DNA of 64,000 bases from Octopus sinensis. Its lineage: Eukaryota. The notes beneath the pieces are model-generated. The model searched no databases. It had not been told where the DNA came from and saw only the letters and a program-made list of their open reading frames with translations. Made by a program: the position numbers and the translations under genes. Location of the stretch: NCBI RefSeq assembly GCF_006345805.1, contig NC_043012.1, positions 1,736,001 to 1,800,000 of the forward strand, written 5' to 3'. This document shows, piece after piece, positions 52,201-64,000 of this stretch; within the stretch, counting starts at the first letter, position 1, and each line of letters begins with the position of its first letter.

Positions 52201-54009
52201 GATACATGTTTATTAATACTGTACTGTACAAGATTCTGTGAAACAAAGCCGCCCAATATAATAGTCTGGTGAGCGCGGGAATCTGAAATTTCTGCTCGTA
52301 AATTAGCGCGGATTATAAAAGTTTCCGGGTGACCAGTATCCGAAAAGTCGGTGTTACTCTTTTACACATTTCAGCTCCAAGACTGTGGCCATGTTGGGGC
52401 ACCGCCAGTGTTGTTGTACACGTATTAATTTCTCTGTTTTTGATTTTATAGTATCATTCTAAATGTGTTTAGATCATAATTTAGATCGCTTAGATACACA
52501 TCAACCGCCGCTAATATTTCTGACTGTTTAATAGGAATAAAACTTCCTCAATAGAATGCCTTGTGTATTCGAGCTAATAAACTAAATAAATGTTCAAAGT
52601 TCGAAATAAGATTAGGGAAGGAGTAAAGAAAAGAAAAGAAGAACAAAATGAACGAGAAGCTTTATGAGATGTCGGTCATTTTAAGATCAAATGGAAAATA
52701 AAAGCCAAGCATAGTTCTGGGCTTTTGTAAATGGACTAATTTTTACAATGGTTTTATACTGGAAAAAAAAAAGGAAACTTTTAACCTTCTGTGTTTGTTT
52801 AATTGTGTGAATATGTTTGTATCCTAGAAAAAAACTGAATGCAGTTTTTATAATCAGCAAGAAAAACTACGTCGGTTTAGAAACATTAAAAAATGATCTG
52901 GTGAAAACTTGAAAAGATTCTGGTAGGTGGAAAGCATTTAAAAAGATCCCATTTCACTTATTTACGTATAAAAATGTAATTTCTAAGTTTTCATAAGCCC
53001 GTTTTATATACATTCTCTACATTTTTTACACCTTCGTTGGCTCGATTCCTTGTATGTATATATTAACTTGTATGAAATTCTTACAATAATTACTGCTTTT
53101 GTTCATTTAAACTAATTCCTGAAACAAGTTTATACTTGATTAAAACTTCAATTAATTATTCAAGATAATTCTAACAGCATTGAGAAATTCTTTAGTTATT
53201 AGCAAACATACCAATAGTTTTCATTATTAACCCCACTTATTTCCACTTCTAATTCAAATAACTGCGAACGAGTTTTCTGTGGAAAATTTGAAGATATTAA
53301 CTTATAGTCGCGTATATACAGTTGTATCGGAGGCCCTTTTTTTATTCTTAAAACTAACAAAAAAAATTGCGTCTAATGCAAGTCAGGCCAACTCGAATTA
53401 CATTCCGGGCCACTTTAATCACAGAAAGTTTTTTGAGGGCCTTTGTATACTTTATGCATTAACAGTCAAATAACCAAATTACAAAATCAAGAATTTTTCA
53501 TACTTTTCGTTTGTTGAGAATTATAAAATCGTAGGCGATTGCCACTATTACTACTTCTAAATTTTAAACTTATTTTGAAACAAATGTTTTACACAAACAA
53601 TTTTATTGTTAAATTAAACACAATACTTAAAGAAAGTATCAAGCATGTCACAAGAGAAAAGTCTGCGGACTGCATGCGGCCTGCGGAACTCAGGTTGGCC
53701 AGCCCGGGTCTAAAGTGACTGTATTTCTGATGAGATGCCAAGTATTTAAGTGTGTGATAAAACATGTTACACTTGTTTGTTTGTTTTCCACAAATAGGTT
53801 CAGGTCTTTGTCTTATGTAAGAGTACGTCTTCTATATCAGTAAAATACAGCAACCTCCCTCTTTAGTACACAACTTGAACCGAACTGCTTGTGTGTACTT
53901 AGCCAGTAGATGCGTACATAAAAACAGTGGTAGCAAAGCATTTGCACAAATGTATACGTGCGGCCAATCATGGCAAGGCTCCCATATGCACATGGTTTTA
54001 GATCATATT

Positions 54010-54435
54010 CAGCGCTGGATTAACCATTAAGCAAAATAAGCCCGTGCTTTGAGCATCAAGGGAAGGAGGGGGCACCACAAAAATGGTAAAAGGCTTACGG
54101 CACAAAAGAAATCACTTTAAATTTGCTAAAATAATATTCAGGATGCCTTTATCTCTACTAAGTATAGATACCGCTGTGTTACCTAAAATTAATTTTGAGG
54201 ATCTGATCAAAGATTTTGCCATTCAAAAAAGTAGGAGGAAACTTCTCAAATATAAATAAAGTGGAAGTATAGAAAAATAAACATTATTTTCCCTCTTACT
54301 GTTTTGTTTCATTTTGAAAAATAAACATGAATTTTATGGTTTGTTACTGTTTATATTTTGAATTACATAATCTTTTATGGGAGCACCAAAATCATTTAAG
54401 TGCCTAGGGCTTCAATGGGTCTTAATCCAGCCCTG
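54010..54435. mobile_element. hAT-type MITE
   Basis: TIRs CAGCGCTGGATTAA / TTAATCCAGCCCTG; 8-bp TSD ATCATATT / ATTATATT. Confidence 0.8.
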
Positions 54436-55576
54436 ATTATATTTGTCATCTTTCCTCTATGTTTTCTCCATGATGTCAAGCAAAAGAATGGGGAAGTGTT
54501 GCCATAGAATAAATCATTGATAAATTTGAACCTGGGATTCTTAAAGATTTTGCGCGTACTTATCTGGGATGCGCACTCAACCAGGTGGGGTACTCTTCAG
54601 TAGCTCTTTCTTTCTACAGATATATATTTTCATCTTTTACTTGTTTCAGTTATTAGAATGCGGCCATGCTGGGACATCACTTTGAAGAATTTTTAGTCGA
54701 ATGAATCAACCTCAGTTCTTTCATTTTTAAAAGACTGGTACGTATTCAATCAGTCGAATTACGAAGTTACAAGGATGTAAACAACCAGCACCGGTTGCCA
54801 AGAAGCGATGTAGGGGGGAGGACAAACAGACGCAAAGACACAAAGCATGGCTGTGTGGTAAGAAGCTTGCTTTCCAACCACATGGTTCTGGGTTCAGTCC
54901 CACTACGTGGCGCCTTGGGCAAGTGTCTTCTACTACTGCCACAGGCTGACCAAAGCCTTATGATTGGATTTGGTAGAAGAAAACTGAAAGAATCCCATCG
55001 TGTCTGTATATGTATCTATGCATGTACACTGTTGTGTCTGTTGGTGCATTTACGTCCTTGTAACTTAGCAGTTTGGCAAAAAGAGATTTATAAAATAAGT
55101 ACCAGGCTTTAAAAAGAAATAAGTACTGGGGTTAATTATTCGACTAAAATCCCTTCAAGGCAGTGCTTCACCATGGCCTCAGTGGGTCTGAGATCCGAAC
55201 CCGCAATCCCTCGACCACGAGTCCACTGCTCTAACCACTAGGCAATGTGCCTCCACTACCCACATATATAATAGTAATGATAAATGCGCCCTTTTAAAGC
55301 CTAGCAGGCTCATGGGCCCAGTTTCCCGGTTTCTATGGCGTATGTGTTGCCCAGCTGGATGGGACGCCAGTCCATTGCAGTGTTACTCATTTTTGCCAGC
55401 TGAGTGGACTGGAGCAACGTGAAATGAAGTGTTTTGCTCAAGAACACAACGCGTCGCCCAGTCCAGGAATCGAAACCACAATCTTACAATCATGGTGCTG
55501 ACACCCTAACCACTAGGCCACTCGCCTCCACACCGACATATATGCTCACAAATATTTTAGAAATACATATGCACAT

Positions 55577-55985
55577 AGGCGCAGGAGTGGCTGTGTGGTA
55601 AGTAGCTTGTTTACCAACCACATGGTTCCGAGTTCAGTGCCACTGCGTGGCACCTTGGGCAAGTGTCTTCTACTATAGCCTCGGGCCGACCAAAGCCTTG
55701 TGAGTGGATTTGGTAGACGGAAACTGAAAGAAGCCCGTCGTATATATGTATATATATATGCGTGTGTGTGTTTGTGTATCTGTGTTTGTCCCTCTCGCAT
55801 TGCTTGACAACCAATGCTGGTGTGTTTATGTCCCCGTCACTTAGCGGTTCAGCAAAAGAGACCGATAGAATAAGTACTGGGCTTACAAAAGAATAAGTCC
55901 CGGGGTCGAGTTGCTCGATTAAAGGCGGTGCTCCAGCATGGCCGCAGTCAAATGACTGAAACAAGTAAAAGAGAGAAAAAGAGTA
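55577..55985 (+). mobile_element. tRNA-derived SINE family B, representative copy
   Basis: A box TGGCTGTGTGG, B box GTTCAGTGCC, internal (TA)/(TG) tract, (GTAAAAGA)n tail. Other copies at ~4.8, 6.9, 7.6-8.0(-), 10.6-11.05(+), 14.1-14.9, 15.85, 17.5-17.9(-), 22.5, 40.8, 54.6-55.1, 56.5, 57.25, 58.0(-) and 61.9(-) kb. Confidence 0.9.
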
Positions 55986-58900
55986 AAGAGTATATTTATT
56001 TAGAAGATTAGATATTTTCTTCCCATAAATTCCATATGACCCTTTAACCTTTTTCTAGTATGAAAAAAAAAAACAAGAAACTTAACTAATCCAAGCTTTT
56101 GTTTCCAATTTGATCTTATAACAACTAAAATCCAATAATCCTTCACAATATTAATTCTTTCTTGATTCTTTTTTCCACTCCCTTCGTGACCTTCTCTTTC
56201 ACCAACCATTGTAGTAACCATTGTAGCTTAATCTGTGTCTTCAACTTAAAACATTTATTAAGCTTAATCCAAGTGGATCTCAACTGAGGTCCATATGATC
56301 CTGACCCATGGGGTTCCGTATAAGGTTCAGTTGTTAAAATTTAGGAGCGGCTGCATGGTAAGACGTTTGCTTCCCAACCAAGCCTTCATCCTTTATTTTT
56401 CTCATTCATATATATATAAATATATATAAATCTCCCCACCACCAAAAAAACAAAACAAAAATCGTATATATGTATATATATATATATGTATGTGTGTCTG
56501 TGTTTGTCCCCCTAACATTGCTTGACAACCGATGCTGGTGTGCTTACATCCTCATAACTTAGCGGTTCGGCAAAAGAGACCGGTAGAATAAGTACTAGGC
56601 TTTCAAAGAATAAGTTTCTGGGGTCGATTTGCTCAACTAAAGGTGGTGCTCCAGCATGGCCACAGTCAAATTTAAACGCCTTGTGCCTACAGTAGAAAGG
56701 ATTATTTTGATAAATGTTTTACAATAATCCTGTCTACTATAAAAATAAGGTGTGAAATTTTGTGGTGTGATGAGTTTGTCAGTTACATTAACTCCAATGC
56801 TCAACTGGTGCTTGTTTTATCGACTCCGAAAAGATGAAAGCCAAAGATGATGGAATTGGCGGAATTTGAACTCAGAAAAAATGCTGCTTCATGTTTTGTC
56901 CAATGCACTAACAATTCTGCAAGCTCACCACCAGGGTGAACAAGCCTTAAAATAATAATAATCCTTTCTACTATAGGCTCAAGGCCTGAAACTGGAGGTG
57001 GGTTGGGGTTAGTCAATTTCATTGACCCCAGTACTTGACTGATACCTACTTTATTGATCCTGAAGGATGAAAGGCAAAGTTGACCTCAGTGGAATTTGAA
57101 CTCAGAACGTAAAGACAGATGAAATGTAATTAAAACATTTTGTTCAGCATACTAACAATTCCTCTAGCATACCACCTTAAAATGCCTTAAAATAATGATT
57201 TTGTTTTGATATTTACACTATTTTTTTTTTTAAATCAACTGGCAAGGCTGTGTGGTAAGAAGCTTGCTTCCCAACCATGTGGTTCCGGGTTCAGTCCCAC
57301 TGCGTGGTAACTTGGGCAAGTGTCTTTTACTTTAGCCTCAGGCTAACCAAAGCCTTGCAAGTGGATTTGGTAGATGGAAACTGAAAGAAGCCCATCGTAT
57401 GTGTGTGTGTGTGTATACATATATATATATTTGTGTGTGTACATTAATGTTTGTCCCCATGCCATTGCTTGACAACCGATGCTGGTGTGTCCATGTCCTC
57501 GTAACTAAGCAATTCAACAAAAGAGAATGATAAAATAAGTACTAGGCTCACAAAGAATAAGTCCTGGGGTCGATTTCTTCCAGTATGTTTTGTTTGTTTC
57601 ATCAGCTGATTTTACTTATTTCAGTCAAATGACTGAAACAAGTAAAAGAATAAAAGAATAAACAGAAAAGAAGTAAAGAGAAATAGCCCTGAATGTTCCA
57701 GAACAGTGGAAGAATTTAGCAGAAGAAAAATTCAAGAGTTGAGTTAAAATGTGTTATTATCAACCTGGTGTGAAAGATAAATGTTTGGATTGTTTCAGCT
57801 GAAATAGTTAGTACCGCAAATGATCTTCCTGAAATAGAGTTTGGTAAGTCAGCCAAAAGTAGCACAGTTATTAATGGTTCCATAAGAGAGGAAGAATACA
57901 AAAGGAAAACACTTGTAGAATGCAGTTAACCCTTTAGTATTTGGATTACTCTGTCAAGTGTAATACACATTTACTCTTTACTCTTTTAATTGTTTCAGTC
58001 ATTTGACTGCGGCCATGCTGGAGCATTGCCTTTAGTCGAGCAAATCAACCCCAAGACTTATTCTTTGTAAGCCTAGTACTTATTCTATCAGTCTCTTTTG
58101 CCGAACCACTAAGTAACATGGACGGAAACACACTAGTGTCGGTTGTCAAGCGATGTTAGTGGCACAAACACAGACACACAAACGCACACACACATATATA
58201 TACATATACATATATACGATGGGCTTCTTTCAGTTTCTGTCTACCAAATCCACTCACAAGGCTTTGATCGGCCCAAGGCTATAGTAGAAGACATTTGCCC
58301 AAGGTGCCACGCAGTGGGACTGAACCCGAAACCATGTGGTTGGTAAGCAAGCTTTCGAAGATGTGGTTGTTTATTTTTAGAATGACATAGCAGGATAGGT
58401 GTGAAATGCTGGATCTGGCCAGTCTGAACATAAAATAAGAAGAATATTTGGGCCAGATATCAAGACAGCAAGCTGGCAGAAACTTTAGCATGCCGGGCAA
58501 AATGCTTACTAGGTATTTCGTTTGTCTTTATGATCTGAGTTCAAATTCCGCCAAGATTGACTTTTCCTTCATTCTTTCAGAGTCAATAAATTAAGTACCA
58601 GTTGCGTACTGGGGTCAGTCTAATCGACTGGCTTCCTCCCACAAAATTTCAGGCTTTGTGCCTAGAGTAGAAAACAATACTTAAGGTGGCAAGCTGGCAG
58701 AAATGTTAGCACACTGGGCAAAATGCTTAGCTGTATTTCATCTGTCTTTACATTCTGAGTTCAAATTCCACCAAAGTCAACTTTGCTTTTCATACTTTTG
58801 GGGGTCAATAAATTAAGTACCAGTTGCATACTGGGGTCGATGTAATCAACTGGCACCCTCCCCAAAAGGTTTTGGGCTTTGTGCCTAGAGTAGAAAAGAA

Positions 58901-61006
58901 TATTTGGGCCAAATATCATCATCATCGTTTAACACCCACCTTCCACGCTGGAATGGGTTGGATGGTTTGACAGGAGCCAACCAAGTACAAGATTACACCA
59001 GGCTTCTGTGTCTTGTTTTGGCCAGTTTAAATGCTAAAGGATTAAGCTTAGCACATCCCCATGGAGGCACATGGCTAAGTGGTTAGGGTATTCCGCTCAT
59101 AGTTGTAAGGTTGTAAGTTCAATATCTGGTGGGGAGTTGTCTCCTTGAGCAAGACTCTTTATTTCACATTGCTCCTGTTCACTCAGCTGGTAAAAATGAG
59201 TTATACCTGTAATTCAAAGGGCCAGCCTGGTCACATTCTGTGTCATGTTGAAGCTCCCTGAGAACTAAATTAAGGGTGTCCTTGTCTGTGGGGTACTCAG
59301 TCATTTGTACATTAATTTCACAAGCAGGCTTTTCCTTTAATCGAATCAGCTGGGACCCTTGTCATCGTAACCAATGGAATGCCATTCCCATCAGGTATAG
59401 GGACAAGTAAATTATGTTAGCCTAATTTTCATTAGCACACAAATTTAGCATAGAAGTTTCATTTGGATAAGTTACCAAAGGTACTGGTCTTATTTAAAGA
59501 GTTTCATGAAAGAGCATCTACATGGACAACTGGCCTGATTGAAATAGTAGCCCAGTCTTCCTCATGTCACACACATGTCGTTAAAAAATAAAAACACCAC
59601 ACATTTAATAATACAGTCCTGGATATAGAAAAAATATATACAGGACAGTCATGGTTAGAACCCCTTTGATAATAGGTCTACTCAATCGGAGCTGACCAGA
59701 AGCTAATGAAACAAACAAATCAGGTGGTGAATTCACAGAGTTGTTAGAGCATTGGCCAAAATACATTTCGGCTTCTTAAGTTCAGTGTTCAAATCCTACA
59801 AGAATCAACTTTGCCTTTCATTCTTCTGATATCAATAAAGTGCCTCTCTAGAATGGTGAGCAAGCAGAACCATTAGAAAGAGTGTCTTGTAGTATTTGTT
59901 CCTGACACTTTGCATTCTGAATCCCAATCCTGCACTGGTTTACTTGCAAAATGAAGGTAATCTACCGTCCTAGTTTAATACCAGAATTTGGTGGCTTGGA
60001 TGTCTTTAACAGAAATTCTGTGTTGCTGACTTTTAGACAAGGTTTCTGCTTTGAGGATACTTTCCTACCTTCCTTCCTTCTGCCAGTCTCAGATGCCTCG
60101 TACAGCATTTCCCTATGACTAAACATCTTATAATAATTCTACAGGTTCTCAATTATTTAGCCAGTCCAAAATGCTTCCACGTGACTCGTTGAAGGAGAGG
60201 GGAGGGGAAAGGAAAGAAGATAGTGGTGAGTGAAATGAGTAATTAAAAATTTTTTTAATTAAGTTTTTTTTTTCCTCCATTACTTAGCCCATCTGCAATG
60301 CTTTCACGTAATTAGTTGAAGGGAAAGGTGAAGAGTGAAGGAAAAAGGAGAGAGAGAAAAAAGAGGTTAAGGTGAAGAGAGAGAGAAAGAGGGAGAGTGC
60401 TGTGTATTAAGTCTATAAAATGTGTGAAAAACAAAATAGGAATTTTGAAAGAAATATCTGTAAAACTAGTTTTTAAACATCTAATATAAGGGCCCACTAA
60501 AATAAAACAATAATCAAAGGGATTCATAGATTGAAGGTGGCAAGCTAGCAGAAACATTAGCACATCGCACGAAATGCTTAGTGGTATTTCGTCTGCCATT
60601 ACGTTCTGAGTTCAAATTCCGCTGAGGTCGACTTTGCTTTTCATCCTTTCGGAGGTCAATAAATTAAGTACCAGTTACGCACTGGGGTCGATATAATCGA
60701 CTTAATCCCTTTGTCTGTCCTTGTTTGTCCCCTCTATGTTTAGCCCCTTGTGGGCAATAAAGAGATAAGTCTATAAAATTGCGCATAAAGTATATAAAAT
60801 GTATATAGTGTATATATAAAGTATATATAAAGAATATAATGTGTATATATAAAGTGCATTAACGAATCATTGTATTCCAATTTCCTTCACTTTTTAATGA
60901 TTACCAGCTAAGTGACTATCTTTCCATACAGATACAATGCAGGCTACACTTTCAGATTTTTTGGATATAACCAAAATTATTTTCAGAAATAACCCAATAA
61001 GCTTAC

Positions 61007-61088
61007 CGTTAATTCCATGAAATATTCACGGGTCCTGCTAGCTAAAACATAATATTTCTCAAAGAGATCCAGCAACAATTCCCAAAGT
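61007..61088 (-). CDS. Candidate internal exon of an unidentified gene (LWELLLDLFEKYYVLASRTREYFMELT)
   Basis: ttttttgtaatatag| acceptor and AACG|gtaagc donor; 82 nt, open in phase 2 to phase 0 with protein-like composition; lies in the CpG-depleted domain. No homolog recognised. Confidence 0.5.
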
Positions 61089-62109
61089 CTATATTACAAA
61101 AAAGTCATATTTAATTATACATGCTGTCTAGGTTGAGAGTACCAGAACTGACAAACTTCTTTCTAGTGTTACATCTCCATCATCCAAAAGGTTCTGTCCA
61201 GAATGACAACACTATCATCTAGAGCTGTGGTTTACAAACTCTTTCTATCTATGAGCCCCTTTGATTACAATTTTATTTTAGTGAGCCCCCATAGCCATTC
61301 AATGTTTAAAAACTAGTTTTACAGATATTTCTTTCAAAATTCCTATGTTTTTCATACATTCACTTGCCCTGAGAAAACTTGTTTCAGTGGCCAGAAACAC
61401 ATTAAACTATGCTAAGCATTTGAGAAAGACACTTAGTTCTTTCTAGTAATAAACATATCTAAAGCAAAATTTTTGTGTGGGCCCTAAAAATACTACTGTG
61501 GATCTCCAATCTACTATTTTGCTTTTGTGAACCTCAAAAATCATATATGAATCCCCAGAGGTCATATGAACCCTGTTAAGAAACACTACAGTGACATCAT
61601 GGCTAACAAACTTCTCTTCAAAGTCACGTTACAATGGCTCTCAGGATTCTTTCCAGATATCACCATGGTCAACAATCTCTGGTCAAGTGTGACAACTGCA
61701 TGGCCCACAACAGTAGTATCCCCATAGTCGACATGCTTCTGTTCACAGTGATGACACCATGCCCGGAATCTTTTCTTTAGAATCATAACACTGTAAGCCC
61801 ACAAACTTCTGTCAAGTGTGACAATCATCAGCTGAGAAATTGAGAGGTTCGTTAGTGTAATTAGTCATGAACCACATAGGCTTTATCTTTTATCTTTTCT
61901 TCTAACTTTTACCTGTTTCAGTCATTAGACTGCAGCCATGCTGGGGCACTACGTTGAATTTTTAGTCGAATAATTCAAATTCAATACTTATTTTTTAAGC
62001 CTGGTACGTATTCCATCAGCCTTTTTTGCTGAACTTCTAGTTACAGCGATGTTAAAAACATCCACAACAGTTGTAAAGTGGTGATGGCAGGGACACACAC
62101 ATAGATATG

Positions 62110-62172
<63 letters not shown>

Positions 62173-62184
62173 TACATACATACA

Positions 62185-62227
<43 letters not shown>

Positions 62228-62302
62228 CATACATACATATAATATATATATAATATATATACATACATACATACATATATATATATATACATACATACAT
62301 AC

Positions 62303-62335
<33 letters not shown>

Positions 62336-62517
62336 TATAATATATATATATATTATGTATATATATAAAATATTATTTGAGACAAAACCACTATTTTGCA
62401 AAACAAACAAGGAAAGACTTAATCAATACATAATCAATACATAATCAATACTTAATCAATACATAAAATCAAACAACAATCGTTTCTTGTCTTGATCGAC
62501 AATCTTCAGGTGGACTT

Positions 62518-62560
62518 CCACCTGAAGATTGTCGATCAAGACAAGAAACGATTGTAGTGG
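62518..62560 (+). ncRNA. Minimal type I hammerhead ribozyme (identical to 46682-46724)
   Basis: Same sequence; predicted cut after 62556; right arm of an inverted duplication. Confidence 0.8.
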
Positions 62561-62738
62561 CGGTTTTTTTGACTATTTATTAAATTTTATGTATTGATTA
62601 AGTCTTTCCTTGTTTGTTTTGCAAAATAGTGGTTTTGTCTCAAATAATATTTTATAATATTTTACTATAAAATTGATTTAATCCTAAATCTGATTTTTTT
62701 TCCCTGTAAATTTGGATATATTCCCTAATATTTATTAT

Positions 62739-62739
<1 letters not shown>

Positions 62740-62777
<38 letters not shown>

Positions 62778-62834
62778 TATATATATATATGATATATATA
62801 TATATATATATAGATATATATGTATATATATATG

Positions 62835-62894
<60 letters not shown>

Positions 62895-62899
62895 TATAA

Positions 62900-62944
<45 letters not shown>

Positions 62945-62958
62945 TATATATTATATAT

Positions 62959-63008
<50 letters not shown>

Positions 63009-63021
63009 ATGTATACATATG

Positions 63022-63110
<89 letters not shown>

Positions 63111-63127
63111 TATATATATATATTATG

Positions 63128-63196
<69 letters not shown>

Positions 63197-63430
63197 CATA
63201 TCTATGTGTGTGTATATATGTATGCATATCTATGTGTATATATATATATATATAATATATATATATACATACATATGTATACATATATATATATATACAT
63301 ACATATGTATACATATATATATATATACATACATATGTATACATACATATATATATGTATATATGCATACATACATATATATATACATATATACATATAT
63401 ATATATATGTGTGTGTGTGTGTATGTATAT
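62740..63430. repeat. Long (TA)n-rich tract
   Basis: Direct reading. Other large simple repeats: (AAT)n 30225-30365, (GATA)n 36110-36300 and 42180-42335. Confidence 0.95.
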
Positions 63431-63512
63431 ATATATGTATGTATATATGAAAATTTTTGTAATGAGATAAAAAACCAAGGCTGTATAGATATTAGAGCAT
63501 TTATAGATAGAA

Positions 63513-63566
63513 GGTCTTACAGATGTTTCTAGAATATTAATTAATAATATCCCTTCATCAGAGTCG
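63513..63566 (-). ncRNA. Hammerhead ribozyme, intact core with weakened stems (second family)
   Basis: CUGAUGA (63561-63555), AU-rich stem II, GAAAC-AUCU-GUA, then AGACC with mismatches in stem I. Confidence 0.55.
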
Positions 63567-64000
63567 GTGTGAGAGGAAAAGTCATAGTTAGTTTCGATGT
63601 GATACAAATAGAGAGTGAGGTGGAGAAAATAAAATAGATGTAAGATATGTATGGGTATTGAGTTCATAAATCCGTTTTATAGGCATAATGGTATATATGT
63701 GTAATATTCCAATATCCTTTGAGTAAAATCCAAAAGTCCAACAGAGTTTAATATGAGTCCATCCAAATGTAAAGTTTATAAGCAATGTAAGATTCTCTTA
63801 AAGTTGGTCATTCCAGTAGGGAATATATATAGAATGTAGCAGATTCAAGGTTTGTGTTTAAACTGACCTAGAAATAGGGAGTGTATTAGTCGCCTTACTA
63901 GCACTGGGGCCACATGAAAAAAAACATTCGAGCAAGGTCGTTGCCAGTACCGCTGGACTAACTCCTGTGCAAGTGGCACATAAAAAGCACCATTTGAGCG

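Noticed and set aside
61128-61206. Plus-strand terminal exon VESTRTDKLLSSVTSPSSKRFCPE*
   Set aside because: Weak acceptor, no phase-compatible upstream exon, and a better exon lies on the opposite strand.

Overview
AT-rich, microsatellite- and transposon-dense animal DNA. The SINE, RTE and Helitron repertoire suggests an octopod cephalopod (inference, no database check). The one confidently identified gene is the 5' part of YTHDC2 on the minus strand: five coding exons from the ATG at 11529 to the window edge, 747 nt / 249 aa, all GT-AG introns with matching phases, covering the R3H domain and DEAH Walker A GETGSGKTT. Positions ~12-52 kb are mostly repeats: RTE, R4/Dong, Tx1 and Penelope fragments, a D,D34D mariner, a Tc2/pogo element, Helitrons, many MITEs, at least four SINE families, simple repeats and a 100-N gap. 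CpG loss in SINE copies and one good exon suggest a second, unidentified gene beyond ~53 kb. The most notable unannotated signal is a set of minimal type I hammerhead ribozymes in Penelope-type repeats: two identical copies with intact cores (46682, 62518), one inside a ~290-bp head-to-head foldback, plus several decayed ones. All coordinates and counts were read by eye; repeat boundaries are approximate unless TSDs or TIRs are given.
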